Part shown: piece by piece, positions 12,282 to 25,193 of the stretch | Numbering within the stretch: position 1 is the first letter of the stretch | Layout of the letters: the number at the start of each line of letters is the position of its first letter | Assembly: GCA_013265495.1 (NCBI GenBank) | Contig: MU058009.1 | Coordinates: 2,931,780-2,995,779, forward strand | Direction of reading: 5' to 3' | Length of the DNA stretch: 64,000 nucleotides | Source: Vicugna vicugna | Taxonomy: Eukaryota | Translations under genes and position numbers: made by a program | The notes under the pieces: generated by a model | What the model was told of the DNA's origin: nothing | Database searches by the model: none | What the model saw: the letters and a program-made list of their open reading frames with translations, nothing else

Positions 12282-12301
12282 CAGAGAGAGAGAGAGAGAG
12301 A
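12282..12301. repeat. (GA)n microsatellite
   Basis: Direct reading. Confidence 0.9.
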
Positions 12302-12349
12302 AGTGTTGAGGGTAAGGAGTTGGTCCTAAGTGGACGTCTTTGGGCTCCC

Positions 12350-12790
12350 CAGGCCTGCTTCAACCGGAACAGCTCCTGTAAGGTTGACTGTTCACATCAC
12401 AATTGCCTGGTTGAGCTTTAGAAACTGTAGTCCCTGATACAGGTAGGTTTTACTTTGGATACGTCATAATTTTCATGCTTTTTATTTAGCAATTGAATTA
12501 TTTTCTTCATCAAGTCTTCTGATTATATATATGCATATGCATATATAACCACGTATTTATGCATGTGTATATTTTTATCGTATGCAACATACATAAATGT
12601 AAATTATGTTATCATATGTGATGTATGATAAAGTATACATCAGACAAACAAAATGGATAAAACCAGAATGAATCTGATTGGAGACTAAGTGGTGAGCCCA
12701 GAGCCCTACCAGCCTGGCTCCCTGGGTCTTCTGAGATACTTTTATGCCAACACTTTTAGTATCTCAGGAACACAGAATGGAAACCGCTAC
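12350..12790. mobile_element. Degenerate hAT-Charlie DNA transposon remnant(s)
   Basis: 'gcttcaaccggaacagctcc' and terminal 'ggaacacagaatggaaaccgct' resemble Charlie/MER1-group elements; AT-rich interior. Confidence 0.4.
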
Positions 12791-15700
12791 TCTAGACAAT
12801 AGGTGTGCATCAAAAAGAGTATGTGTAAGTGGCATCTTTGCAGATGAAATAACATCTCATCTGCCCCAGGGGATCTTGTGTGCACTCTGCTGAGACAAGG
12901 CAGCCAAAAGCAGAACACATGCAAGAAGTATTTTAGAGAGACAGCAGAGTTGCTTTTCTGGTGAAGTAGTAAGTCTGTAGCCTGTGAGCAGCCAAAGGGG
13001 TTGACAGGCCAGGCTGTGTGATCTTCAGGTGGCCTGGAGCGGTCCGTGATGAAGCTCACCGGGAAGGGGGTGGGTGCTCCGACGGAAAGACAAGCCCCGC
13101 TGAACATAACTCCAGGTACCAAACTAGTGAACGGCAACTCCAGCAAGTCCCGGGGAGAGTTGTCCTGGTTGATGCGTGGCATGGACAGACTGGGGTTATC
13201 TCCATGTCGCCGGAAGTTTGCTTTTTAATGCTGTGTCCAGTGATCTGCTCACTTTACTACGGATGCTGCCTGTGGCCCCTTCATTTACCCCCGTGCTGGA
13301 CTCACCCTGCAGGCAGGCAGTGGTGCCCTTCAGTTCCATAAACTGCTGCGGCCACCAGGTCGGCTGGTCTCCTGTCCTTCCTTGGTTATTCTGTTGGTAG
13401 GTGGACACTGGGATTCCTTGAATGACCTGGGGTCAGGAGATTCACGAGGAAGTGGCGGGGTTGCCTAAGGCAGAGGTGGAAGAAAGCATTTGTTTCTAGG
13501 TAGGAACTCGTGAGTAGTGAGATTTTTGCTTTTAAAATTGAACGATGAGGGTTTCTTAGCGGAGACCACCAAGAAGAGCTCATGGTTCTGTCTGCTCAAG
13601 GGAAGTCTTTGAGCACCTCCTGTTGTCAGCGGTCACATCTCTACAAACTGCTGGAGATGTCCTCACCTTCAGAAGATGCTATTGCGAACCCAGCCTCTGA
13701 GATGCGGGTGGTTGGGCTGTTTGTCCTGCGTCCCCTGCTTTCGAGCATAGCCCATCTCCTAACTCACGGGTGACTTTTTCAGATGCTTGCTTGGGGGTGG
13801 GGGTAAAGTCTGTGGTTCGAGGACAGGCTTTTTCTCTGTGGGAAGCTGAAAGGCTGTGTTACAAGCGTCCTGGCCTGGGGCCTCTTTAGCGCAGTTAATT
13901 AATTCTAACGACAAATATTTACTGTGTGTCCGACACACTAGCTCTGCTCTGACTGAGCTGTTTTGATGTGGTCGTGGAGAGTGGGTCTGAAGAATTAATG
14001 ACTTTAAAGTGTGCTCACCAACCTAAGGTTGTGCAGGCACGATGACAGGCATGATTCCCGCACGGAGCCCGTCCTTGGCTGTGGGGGGACCTGCCCACGA
14101 GGTCTGGGTTCGTGATTTCGCTTCTTCTCTGTAGCTGGGGGAAGGGAGGCAGCCCTTGGCCCTCCGCCAGTGCCTGTAATCCTCACAGCAGGCTCCCGTA
14201 TCTTCTGGGTGGGCCTGTGTCTTTTGTTACACATCTGTCCCCCAACCCAGACCACTTCTGAACTCGGATGGAGAGCACGCCCAGGAGCCGTTCAGTGGGC
14301 CAGCGGACTGGGGGACGCCCTCAGGCCTAATTTGTTCCGCTTCCCTTCAGCCCCTCAGCGCTAATTCATTTGTTTGCATTTGGAGGAAAAAAAAAAAGCA
14401 CCACTCCTTATTGTCTATCCTTTATTTCCTGGAATTTGACATGAAAGTTGTCATTGTTTTAGTTAGTGGCCGCCCAAGGAAGAAACCACTGGAGCAGCAG
14501 TTCTCCATGGCGGGGGTTTCGGATCCTGTGACTTTCAAGTCTGGGTGTCCGTTCTACTGGAACTGAATGTGCGCTGAATTTGGGGTGAGTGCAGCGGGGG
14601 CTGTATTTATTTTTAAGCTTCTTCAGGCCGTAATGAAAACCAGCTGCTTTTCCACCAAGTGTGTTACTTTTCCCACAGAAAGCCTGGCCGTCGGGCTGGA
14701 GCTGCAGGGGCTTCGTGCTTTGACTTTTCCTAGTTCAACCTTCCTGCGTTTTCCCCCTTAATCTTTCAGTCCCTCGGCCCTTGGTGGTGGGTCGATTGGT
14801 GCCTTGTGTCCTGACTCCTTCTGTACTTGTGACTCCACCGGCACTGTTCGTTTGCGGAGGACAGACGTGGGGCCCTTCCGTCACTCGGTCGTGGGGCGGA
14901 AATGCTACAGCCCTGCTGAGAAGGGCGGCCCCCTTCAGTTTGCTTCTGGGGTGAGGCCCGCATCTCTGCCTGCTGTGTGTAACCCCAGCGCCAGGTCCAA
15001 ACTGGGCAGATTATTTTGGGTGCCAGGAGATCATTCCTTCACAAGTGCCATTCCACGAGGCCCCTCCGGTCACCTTTTCTCCCTAAGAGCAGCACTGAGT
15101 GAAAATCCTCACCTAAGTTTATAGGCTGATGAATGGGAGGACGGGGGGCACGGGAGACGTAGCGGAGCAGAGCACAGGGCCATAGACAGTGTCACACTGG
15201 CCACCTCTGCGGGTCTGGACACGTGAGCACTCGGAAGAATGATGCGCCAGCTGCGCCCTGCGTGCCCGATGCAGGCAGATGGTGGAATGCGCCCCCTTTT
15301 ACGCCCTCCTGTAATAGAACGCTTTTTGGCGGGAATGCTTCCCAGTTATTAAAAACAGGGCAATGAGGTGAGCTATAAATGCAACCCTCTGTGTAGGAAA
15401 ATCCAGAAGACATAAGTAGGGAAAAGAAGACAGAGTGAAGGGAAACAGATCAAACGTAAGTGGAGAGAAGGATACAGGATTGTTGGAGTTGAATGGGAGA
15501 GGCGGAAAGTGCGAGAAGGTGCGTAAAAACGTACTCAATGGAATCCAAGAGAGAATCCCAGGGACCTTCCCCGCCCCCGCGCCCCCGCAAGAGAGCGCGC
15601 TGGGGGAGGGGTCACGGGGGAGACGGAGTTTATAGGTCAATGGAAGAAACAGCAAGAATGAGAATAAGGAGCCCAGAGGCTTCTAGGTCACTGGACACCC

Positions 15701-16129
15701 TAGAAGCCGTGGGTAACGTGAACTTCAGAGAGACTGGGGGCCAACTTCCGCCGAACCAGTTCCGAGAACATGATCTAGTGTGTCCTGCCTCCTGACAGGG
15801 CCGCGCTCTGGGGACCGGAGACATGTGCCCCCGAGGCTCGCAAGTGCATCCGGCGTCCACGTGGGCTCTCTTTTCTGTTCCCGCACCCCAGGCCGCCGTC
15901 CCACGTGTTTAGCTCCTGATTCTGCTCTGCGAGGTGAATTGCCCCTGTCCTCCACCCAGTCGGTTTTAGCGCGTTTTCTCGTTCCTCACCAGCCTGGGAT
16001 TCTCGGAGTGAGGAGTGCGCCCTAGTTTTCTTCTGTATCATGGGCAGCCATGTGGCGTGGGGTGAAGGCGGTGGGTGTGGAGGCACCGTGGGGCAAAGAG
16101 TGACCTTCTAGGAGAAAACCAGCCTGCTT

Positions 16130-16960
16130 ATCCGCCCCTTCCTTCCTCCTCCCTTCCCCCCTTCCTCTCTCCCGCGTCCCTTCCTTCCTCCTTCCAGTAT
16201 TTATCAGAAACTTCCCAGGGGCCACGCACTGTTCTGGGCCCTGGGGGTGTGCAGGAAACAAGCACATACCACCTGCCAAGGCCGCCGTTCCAGCCGGGAA
16301 GGAGGACGGTGCAGCGACACGAGTACACACGTAGTGCACCGTGTGCTGCGATGGGCGGGGTTAAGTCCTTGAAGGCTGAGGGACGGGAGGGGCTCTGGTT
16401 TGGACAGGGTGCAGGGAATGTTCTTTTTATATTGGTGACATTTGAGTAGAGACTTGAATGTTGTGGGAAAGCTCTCTGGGGGAGAAGCGTGCAGGTGTGG
16501 GGGACAGGAAGGCCTGGAGCAGAAGGTGCCCAGTGTGCCTGGAGGGTAGCAGGGAGGCTGGTGGGCTTGAGCGGGGTCGGCAGGGGCAGACGAGGTCGGG
16601 GAGGGACCAGGGCCCAGAACCCACAGGTTCTCAGAGCCAGGGTAAGTCAGCATATCGGATTCCTTTCTGGGTGAGACGAGGAGCTCGAGACGAGGAGCTC
16701 CTGTCGGAGAGCAGACTGTGGGGCAGGTGTGGGAGCCGTGAGCCCCCGGGGGCTGTGGCAGTGGCTGCGGCAGGAGCTCTGGTGGCTGGGACCAGGGAGG
16801 TGGTGGCTGAGATGAAGGATGTCCTGGGATGCTGGGCCTTTTGGGAGGTGGCACTGACAGCGTTGCTGATGGGTTTGATGGCGGGGGTGGAGGAGCAGAG
16901 GCGAAGACCCCTCCGGGATTTGGGTCTCGTCAGAAGGTGTGTGAGCAACTTGAGTTTTGT
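16130..16960 (-). mobile_element. L2 LINE (3' end plus ORF2 C-terminal remnant)
   Basis: Minus strand reads 'catcaaacccatcagcaacgctgtcag...ccaccacctccctggtcccagccacc', matching L2 ORF2 end; L2 3' terminus near 16190-16260; internal 14-bp tandem duplication 16673-16700. Confidence 0.75.
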
Positions 16961-17230
16961 GACTCTGGACCAGTCCTGAATGAAGGAAGCCTGAGAGGAG
17001 CCTGGGCCTCAGTTTCCCTGTGACCAGCCTGGGCTGATGGACACCTGGACGGCAGTCTTAAGACGTCTTACGGCCGGGTGAGGGCAGTGTTGAGTGAGGT
17101 TCAGGAACAGTCATTCGTTCATCCTACAGATATTCACAGAGCCCCTATTATGACGTGGTTTTAGGTGATGGTTCGTGGTCCCACCTCTTTCATCCGGCCA
17201 GAATCTACTCTTGTTTCAGGACCTGAACTC

Positions 17231-17525
17231 CTTTTCTTTTTCTTTTTTAAATTTTCTTTTAAAATTTTATGTATTTATTTTTTAATTTCATTTTTTATTG
17301 AAATGTAGTTGGTTTACAATGTTAATTTCAGGTGTACAGCAAAGCGATTCAGTGATACATATACATATACACACACACACACACACATACACATATTTAT
17401 ATATTCAAATTCTATTCCATTGTATGTTATTGCAAGAAATTAAATCTAGTTCCCTGTGCTAAACAGTAGGTCCTTGTTGTTTATCCATTTTATGTATAGT
17501 AATGTGTCTCTATTAATCCCAAATG
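17231..17525 (-). mobile_element. L1 3' end, artiodactyl/camelid type, 5'-truncated
   Basis: Poly-T tail, then 'ttattgaaatgtagttggtttacaatg...tcaggtgtacagcaaagcgattcag...cagtaggtccttgttgtttatcc'. Confidence 0.9.
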
Positions 17526-17783
17526 ACTTCAAAAAAATCCAGTCTAATTTGACTTTGATGTGGTTGAAGGTAGTCAGAGCGCTATAAATAGACTTCACTT
17601 TATAGAGCAGTTTGAAGTTCACAGCAAACCTGAAGAGAAAGTACAGATATTTCCCACATGCCTCCTGCCCTGCGTACAGTCTCCCCTGCTCCCCCATCAG
17701 CACGGTGCATTTGTTACAGCCTGCGAACCTACAGTGACATGTCATCATCACCCAAAGTCCATACTTTACATTAGGGTTCACTT

Positions 17784-17899
17784 TTTTGGGGGGGTAATTA
17801 GGCTTGTTTATTTATTTTATCCGGAGGTGCTGGGGATTGAACCCGGGACCTCGTGCGTGGTAAGCACGTGCTCTACCACTGAGCTAGACCCTCCCTCCC
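17784..17899 (-). mobile_element. Vic-1-type tRNA-derived SINE (camelid)
   Basis: Minus strand 'gggagggtctagctcagtggtagagcacgtgcttaccacgcacgaggtcccgggttcaatccccagcacctcc' with A/B boxes and A-rich tail; TSD agggttc[a/g]ctt at 17773-17783 and 17900-17910. Confidence 0.9.
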
Positions 17900-18474
17900 A
17901 GGGTTCGCTTTTGAGTGAAACATTCTATGAGGTTTGACAAATGCATAATGACATGGACCCACCGTTACAGTATCCCACGGAGTAGCTTCACTGCCCTAAA
18001 AGTCCTCCACACTTATTTCGGTTCCATCTATTCACCTCTCCTTCCCCCACTCCCTGGGACCCCCAGCCCCTGGCAACCACTGCTCTTTTTACTGTCTGCG
18101 TAGTTCTGCCTTTTCCAGAATGTGGTAAAGTTGGAACCACACCACGTGTAGCCTTTACACTTTGGAATCTTTCACTTAGAAATGTGTATTTAAGTTTCCT
18201 CCATGTCTTTTTATGGCCTGATGGCTCATTTCTTTTTAGTGCTGAATAATATTCCTTTGTTCAGATGGACCGCAGTTTATTTATCCATTCAACCTATCAA
18301 AGGGCATTTTAATTGTTCCCACCGTTTAGCCGTTATGAATAAAGCTGCTTTAAATATCTGTGTGTGGGTTTTCGTGTTGCCATAAGTTTTCAACTTATTT
18401 GGATAAGGACCAAGGAGCATGATTGCTGGATCATATGTATGGTAGGAGCACACTGGGTTTTGTAAGAAATTGCC

Positions 18475-18811
18475 AGGGTGGGAGGTGAGGAAATTGGATG
18501 AAGGTGGCCAAAAGGTACAAACTCCCAATTATAAGATAAATACATCTTGGGGGTGTGATGCACAAGATGGTAACTAGGGGAACATTGCTGCGTGGTGTAT
18601 TAGTTGAAAGTAGGTTCTGAAAGTTCTCATCACAGGGGGAAAGACCCATTTTTTTCTTATTCTTTCTCCTGTATCTATACGAGATGATGTATGTTCACTA
18701 AACTCACTGTGGTGATCATTTTACAGCAGATGTAAGTCATTATGCTATATGCGTATACTTATCCCGAGCTGTACGTCAATCACATCTCAATAAAACTGAA
18801 GGGAAAAAGGA
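18475..18811 (+). mobile_element. Laurasiatherian-type L1 3' end nested in older L1
   Basis: 'ggtggccaaaaggtacaaactcccaattataagataaata...catctcaataaaactg' plus A-rich tail; TSD aagaaa[t/g]tgcc at 18464-18474 and 18812-18822. Confidence 0.85.
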
Positions 18812-20739
18812 AAGAAAGTGCCGAAGTGTCTTCCGCAGCGTCTGTACCGTTTTGCGTTCCCACCAGCAATGAATGAGAGTTCCTGTCACTCCACATCTTC
18901 ATCAGCATTTGGTGGTGTCCGTGTTTGGGATTTTGATCATCTGATAGGTGTGCGTTGGTATTTCACTGTGGGTTTAGCCTGAAGTTCCCTAATGGCAGGA
19001 AGTTGAGCATCTTTTCACATGTTTATTCTCCACGTGTATGTCTTATTTCATGAGGTGTCTGTTCAGGTCTTTTGCCAAATTTTTAATCAGATTGTTCATT
19101 TCCTTATTGTTGGGTTCTAACAAGTTTTTTTTTTTTTTTGGTGTATTTTGGATAACAGTCCTTTATCAGATGCGTCCACTGCAAATATTTTCTTCCCGAC
19201 TGTGGCTTGCCTTGTCATTCTCTTGACAGCGTCTTTCGCAAGCAGAAGTTTTTAATTATAATGAAGTCCAGCCTCTTCTCTTTCTTTCATGGCTCGTGCC
19301 TTGGTGCTGTATCTAAACAGTCATTGCCAAACCCAAGGTCATCTAGACATTCTCCTGCTTTATCTGTGAGGAGTGATACTGTTCTGTTGTTTGTTCAGTG
19401 CACTTCAAGTGCTTTGTGTGATTTCTGAAACTTTCCGCTCATGTTTCCCAATGTCTCTTTCCTCCCACCCCTTCTTTAATGCCCCGTCTCACTCAAGTGA
19501 GGAACGCAGATTAGGTCACAGCTCCCAACAGCTCAAATTCTTATGCACAGCAGATGCAAAGGGAGATTGTTTAAATTCTGTTGAAGTCTGCTGGAAGGTC
19601 CTGAGAGACCCAGGCCAGCAGGCCAGTCCTGATTTTCTTGATTCTTCTATTCAGAGATGTGTATTTTCTCTCCTGTGCCCTCGACTTTTTCATATTACTG
19701 TGCCTGCATCCATGCCCCCCCCCCGCCCCTTTGTCCCCACCGTCTTACCCTGGCTTCTGTCCCATAGTGTCTGAGTCAGGAGTAAACTGAGCTAGAACTG
19801 GCTTTAAAACTCCTTTGGTCAAGGCTTCCTTTTTGTTGACAAAGTTCTGGAAATGATGACAACTGAGCTGACTGCTCTATTGTGTTCCAGTAAAAAATTG
19901 TGAGGAGGTCGAGAGCAACAGTTCCATGAAAATCTTCAACCCATCTGCACCTCTGCTAAGGTTGTGGGTCCCACCCAAGCACCCGCAGCGTCATTTTGGT
20001 CCGGTTTGCGTCCAGGACTGATTGCCAGTTTCTTTCAGATCCCTGTGCTGACTTCGCAAACTCCCTGACTTTTGGCTTTCATTCCCGGTTGCCTTTTTTT
20101 TGGCTTTGCTTTGCTATGTGCTGTGCGTAAACCTTCCCTGAGGATTCTGGAGGTTTCACTTTGGCTCTTGCGGGTCAGTTGCCTGTTAATGCACCCTCAC
20201 CCTGTGGAACCAGAGACCCAGAAGCGTCGTCATGGAAACCTTCTGACGAGCTGGAGAGCCACCCTCCTGAAGCAAAGTTCGAGGCCAGCTCAGAGGCCTC
20301 TCAGCCCGAAGGCGGCCATGGCCGGGGCCGAGGCTGGTGCCTGCCCAGCTGAAGGGATGGGGCTGAGAAGGAATTATGACGTCCACCAAGACGGGGAGGC
20401 AGCACTTTGGGGAAACACTGTCCTGCCTGCAAGCTTTATAGGGAAAGGGTTTTTGATAAAATTGTCAAGTACTCTTAGAAAGGATTATTAAAAAAATGAA
20501 GTGTGCATGATGAATTTGTAAGCAGATAGACAGGAAGAGAAGGAGAGATGGAGGACGGTGTGTGATGGAAGTTGCTCAAAAGAAACATCAGAGCAGATGA
20601 GAGCGTCACTGGTGGGGAATGGAGGAGGAGCAGAGGCTGGAGATGGACACATGTGTGTCGGAGACCCCGGCCTCTGGGATCAGTGGTGGACCTACCGGCT
20701 CCATCACAGCCACCAGGAAGCTCAAGAGTTTGCCTCAAA

Positions 20740-20901
20740 GTGGGAGGGTATACTATAGCTCAAGTGCTAGAGCGCATGCTTAGCACACACAAGGTCCTGG
20801 GTTCAACCCCCAGTACCTCCTCTAAAAATAAGGAAGTAAACCTAGCCACCCCCGCAATAAATAAATAAGTAAGTAAATAAATAAAAAACAAATTAAAGAA
20901 A
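20740..20901 (+). mobile_element. Vic-1-type tRNA-derived SINE (camelid)
   Basis: 'tagctcaagtgctagagcgcatgcttagcacacacaaggtcctgggttcaacccccagtacctcc' plus (AATA)n tail; 16-bp TSD with 2 mismatches at 20724-20739 and 20902-20917. Confidence 0.92.
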
Positions 20902-21034
20902 AAGAATTTACCTCAAAAACTCTGAGTGGCTTTGGGTTAAGTTCTCCGACTCTGTTTCCAAAAACTGTGTCCTGCCTTGCTCCATCCCCAGGTGAGGCTG
21001 CCTAACCTGTAGATTTGCAAAGCTGTCCGTTCAG

Positions 21035-21248
21035 ACAGTGGCAGATGGTGGTACCTGGGCCAGGCCCACCCTGTGGAGAGCCTTCTTTATGGCCTCGAGC
21101 TAAGAATGATTTTTACATTTGTCAGGAATTGTTAAAAAAAAAAACTGAAGTCAAAAACGTATCTATGTGGCAAAGATGTAGCTGGCCTGCAGAGGCTGAA
21201 ATACCCGCTGCCTGGCCCTTTACAGGAAAGGTTTGCCTACCCCTGGCT
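21035..21248. mobile_element. MER58-type hAT-Charlie MITE
   Basis: 'gagctaagaatgatttttacattt...tggccctttacaggaaaggtttgcctacccctg'. Confidence 0.8.
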
Positions 21249-22214
21249 TAAGAGGGAATAAATAAACATGCTATTACGTGGTGAAGAGGTGACGGGGTCT
21301 GCGGATTCCCACGGTGGGCCGCTCTCTTTGCGGGCAGGGGAGCATCTGCTCTGGGCGTGGCTCTCGTTGGAGAGGAATGCACCTCCGCTTTCTGAGCTCC
21401 TGCATCGTCAGGTGCTGTTAGGCGTGTTGTATTTGCACCAATGCATTACAGTTCTGGATCAGGCAGGGATTAAATGGGCTGCCCATTGAAGGGGTTATTT
21501 AAAAATACTTCAACGTTTCCTTTGTTCGGCTGGGGGACGATGGAGCAGTTTAGGCTTGGAAGATCAGGGAAAAATCCCCAGTTATACAAATACAAGGCGC
21601 GTAGGAGGCCCATATGGTAGTGAGACGAGGGCTTTGTAAATGCTGTTTTACCGCCTGGTGCAGAGACTTGCCCAGGAGGGTGGGAGGAGGGATATGAAGA
21701 AAGTGGGTCAGTTTGGGAAAGGGTCTGATTCCTGGGCTCTCTTGAACGGCTAGACCAGTCTCCCAAGCTCCAGGCAAAAACTGAGGCTGTGGGCGAGGGC
21801 TGTGCATTTCGTGTGCTGGGTGCCCCTTGCACCTAGTGCCCTGCCCAGGATTGCAGGCTAGGGGGTTGTGGCTGCAGATGGAATGTGAGCGAAGCTCTGC
21901 GGTGCTGGTGCCAGTGTGCCGTTCCCCAGGTGATGCTGAGAAGCCCGTCCTGGCGCTAGGGACAAGCGCTGACTGTTGACCTGAGTAGGGGGAGTCGTCA
22001 GAGCGACATCCTGAGAAAGTGGTGAGCCACTGGGTTGAGGACAAGGTATCTCTGAACCCAGGGAAGTCTGGAGTTCCTGGAAAACTCACAAAGTAACTGT
22101 AAGAGAGAGACTCTGGGCTTTCTGCCGACATGTCATGGGGCTTGAACAATTTACTTAAAAAACCCAAAGCAACGTGTTCGCCTCTTAACCCTGAGTTTGT
22201 ATAGATTGGTTGCA

Positions 22215-22470
22215 CATGATCATTTATTGCTGAGTGGATGTGGAAACAGAGGCTCAGAGACGTGAAGTCACTGGCCCAAGCCGCGCACTGAGAGGGGGAC
22301 CCAGACCCACACCCGGGCGGGTGTGATTCCAAAGCTGCTCGCCTTCCCCGCAGCCCTGCTGCCGCTGGCGGAGTCACAGATTAGTCAGGAGCTCCGGTGG
22401 ATTATGAACCATTTTCAGATGGAAAAACTGAGCCTCAGAGAAGTGAAGCAACTTGTTCAAGGTTGCTCAC
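22215..22470 (-). mobile_element. Two adjacent MIR fragments
   Basis: 'ggaaacagaggctcagagacgtgaagtcactggcccaag' and 'ccattttcagatggaaaaactgagcctcagagaagtgaagcaacttgttcaagg'. Confidence 0.8.
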
Positions 22471-25193
22471 CTGATTGCCAGGATTCCTGCAGACCTGCCT
22501 CCGGAACAGGGAGCTCTGAGTTGCCATGGACTTCTAAGAACTTCTTATCAAAGGGATTGAGAATGTCAAATGGAGTGTGTTGAAACCCGTAGGAACAAAG
22601 GAGCATTGAGGGGAACGGGAGCTTTGCAGAATGAACACACCGCACTTTTCTTAATGACCTGCCAGTCGACGCCCTCTTTGAAAGGGCTTTTAGAAGGCAG
22701 GCAGGTCTGAGCTGCTTTCGGCGGCTTGGCTCCAGAGAGTACCTATTTATTTATTTATTAGCTCTTTAAACATTAACTTGGCTCGTCTAAAGCGGTCACC
22801 CCAGAGTTTGGAGTTCATGGACAGGGGCCAGGGAAGGGAAAGTTCCTCTTCACCCACTTCAGCACCCGAGAGCACAAGTTCCGGCTGGTGCCCAGCCATG
22901 GGATGCGCCTGCCACCTGGCTGCCCGGGTTTCTCAGACAGCTCAGCCACTAACTGCAGCAGAGGAGATGCCCAGGAGGGGGCTGGAAATCAAGCAGACCC
23001 TCCAGCTCCTGTCCTGGAGCTCCATCTGAGAAGCCGCCACTGTCCAGACGGGTCCAAAGCCCAAGAGCTTCTCTGCAAATCAGTGGGTTTTCGGAGCATG
23101 GCGGGTGTGGCTTGGACTTTCCCACCTGAACTGTTTCCCGGTGTGTGTATTGCAGAGAATCCCTGTTACACTTCAGTTTCTGAAGACAGTGCCAGGCCGG
23201 GGGATGGTGCAGTGCCTGGAGAAGTTGTGAAGCGCTCCTTGGTGATGCTCAAGTGCAGAATCTAATCACTCCCCAGGGTAACTAGGGCAAGGGCGGTCCT
23301 AGAGATGGGAAAGGACTGCGTGACCTCTTGTCATTGAGACTTCGGTTTTGCCTTGAAGAGCTAAGTGAGGTGGAGAGTCATGCAAGTTTGACAGGAATTG
23401 AACTCGTGGGGGCAGCCAACCCAGACGGGGGCAGTCGGGCTGGGATCTGGTCCTCCAGTGATTCCGACAGCTGACCCTCTTCCAGCTCCCCCTTCCCAGC
23501 TCAGTGGAGGACACAGTGGACGCTCTCGGCCTCTTCGAGCTCGGCCCATTTCCGCAGTCAGAGAAGCCGGTCGCACAGGCACCCACGGAGGCGTGGTTCT
23601 CTCCCTGCAGGGCCTTTGCGGAAACGCTCGAGATTAGAACAAAGGAGCCTTCAAAGAATTTCTTGCTTGATTCTCTTGTCTTCAGGGGAAGAAAATAAAG
23701 TTCCGAGGAGATATGAGTGAGGCCCGCACAGAATGGGAGGGGCCAGGTTGAACGGGACACCGGTCTTCAGTTCTCGGGCCAGCAGGTTCGTGGCCTGCTG
23801 TGCCGCTGTCTGCCGCCTCTCTGAAGCAGGATTATCGTGTTAAAGTCCACAGTCATAGCAAACGGAGGGAGGGGCTTCATTCATTCATTCATTCATTTAT
23901 GCGAAAAACTTACTGAGCTGCCATGGATGTCACACAGAGCGAAGCTGGTAAGGCTGCATCCTCACGGGGCTCGTAAAAACGAGTGTTTTTGGAGAACGCA
24001 CGTGGGCTAAGCTCTCTTGTTCTTTCTCCCACTTTCTTCAGTTGGTGAGAAACATACACAGTAAAGGAGTTTTCAGGGAGGTGGAGAGAGGGCGGGGAGA
24101 CGGCGAGGGCTGGGGAGAGAGCAGGGCTGTAAGGGGAGAGGCAGAGAACCTCTCTTGAAGGACGTGCGCAGAGAGGGAGATATCTGGCTGCTGCTGCTTA
24201 TTTTTAAAAACTGATTGCGGTTAGCAGAACTGCACCAGACTCCATCAGCTCTCTCAGATGCAGACTCTTCTACTTTTCGGTAAACTTGGGTTGCTATGGT
24301 GAGAAAGTGGCCTGGCACAAGTCACACGTGAAACACTGGGAACGACACCCCGACGCGGTGCCGCGCATCCAGTGGCTAATTAGAACGACCTGCCATGTGT
24401 TTTCCATTCTTTGCAGCAGAATCGATTGCTTTATGATTTATCACCTGCTTTTCCAGGCCAAGCTTGGGCCGGCGTTCTCGGCTCTCCTTCCTTGAATGTG
24501 TTAAGAAGGGTCGGGGGCCCACGAAGTAGGGGAAAGAAATGTGTGAATTCGCTGTTGTTCCTCCAGAAAGCTTTCTTCCAAGGCCTGTGGTCTCCGTCCT
24601 CCTGCAGCTCGGTCACTCTGGCACCTCCCTCTTGGGCAGGATGACAGCTGGCTTGTGACAGTTTGCTCTGATGCCCGCGAGGACAGGCCACAGGACACCT
24701 GCCCGTCTCAGTCCGTGCCAGCTACCCTGCCACCTTGAGTGGTAGCAGTGGCCGAGTGACCCTGTTTTCCATTTCCAGGCTTGGGGACGGAGGCCAAGGC
24801 AGAGGCTCAGGTCTGGCCTGCGGTCACCCTCATGGAAGGAGGGTTGAGCTCAAGTCTCTGAACTCCAGGCTGCCGCTTGGTGGTCCTCTTTGCGGTTCTG
24901 CTGAGTTGTCAGTGATTTGTGAATGTGGGGCGCACAGGACAACGAGCTTCTGACTGCAAATCAGAAAAGAGGAGAAAGCCGTCTGCTCTGTCCCAGCCGT
25001 GCAGTCGGAGAGTCAGAAAGTGAGTTTCCGTCTCAGGCCCTGACCAGGCTCCCTGCTCAGTGGTTTCAAGGAAAATGTTGACGGAGGCTGGGCCCCTGTG
25101 AGGCTACTGTGGGTCGTTCCATAACGTGTGTTTTGTTTTGCAGAGTAATGTATTTATTCAAAAAGTTATTTCTGGCCATACATGATCATTCTT

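Larger units (their letters stand above)
17585..19375 (-). mobile_element. Old L1 (L1MB-like) 3' UTR/ORF2 end, interrupted by two insertions
   Basis: 'catcacccaaagtccatactttacattagggttcac', 'gattgctggatcatatg', 'cccaccagcaatgaatgagagttcctgt', 'cattgccaaacccaaggtca' are standard L1M motifs. Confidence 0.9.

Noticed and set aside
12353..12442. 90-nt exon candidate (ccccag|...cag|gtaggt)
   Set aside because: Stops in all frames, weak pyrimidine tract, and overlap with a probable hAT remnant
13030..13228. Coding-looking stretch after cttcag
   Set aside because: Weak acceptor and donor, and no recognisable peptide in any frame
20745..20820. tRNA gene (also 17825-17895)
   Set aside because: A/B boxes are followed by a SINE body, A-rich tail and TSDs, so these are SINE heads
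21550..22377. 275-aa minus-strand ORF
   Set aside because: Begins within a MIR (SDFTSLSLCFHI is MIR-derived); no domain
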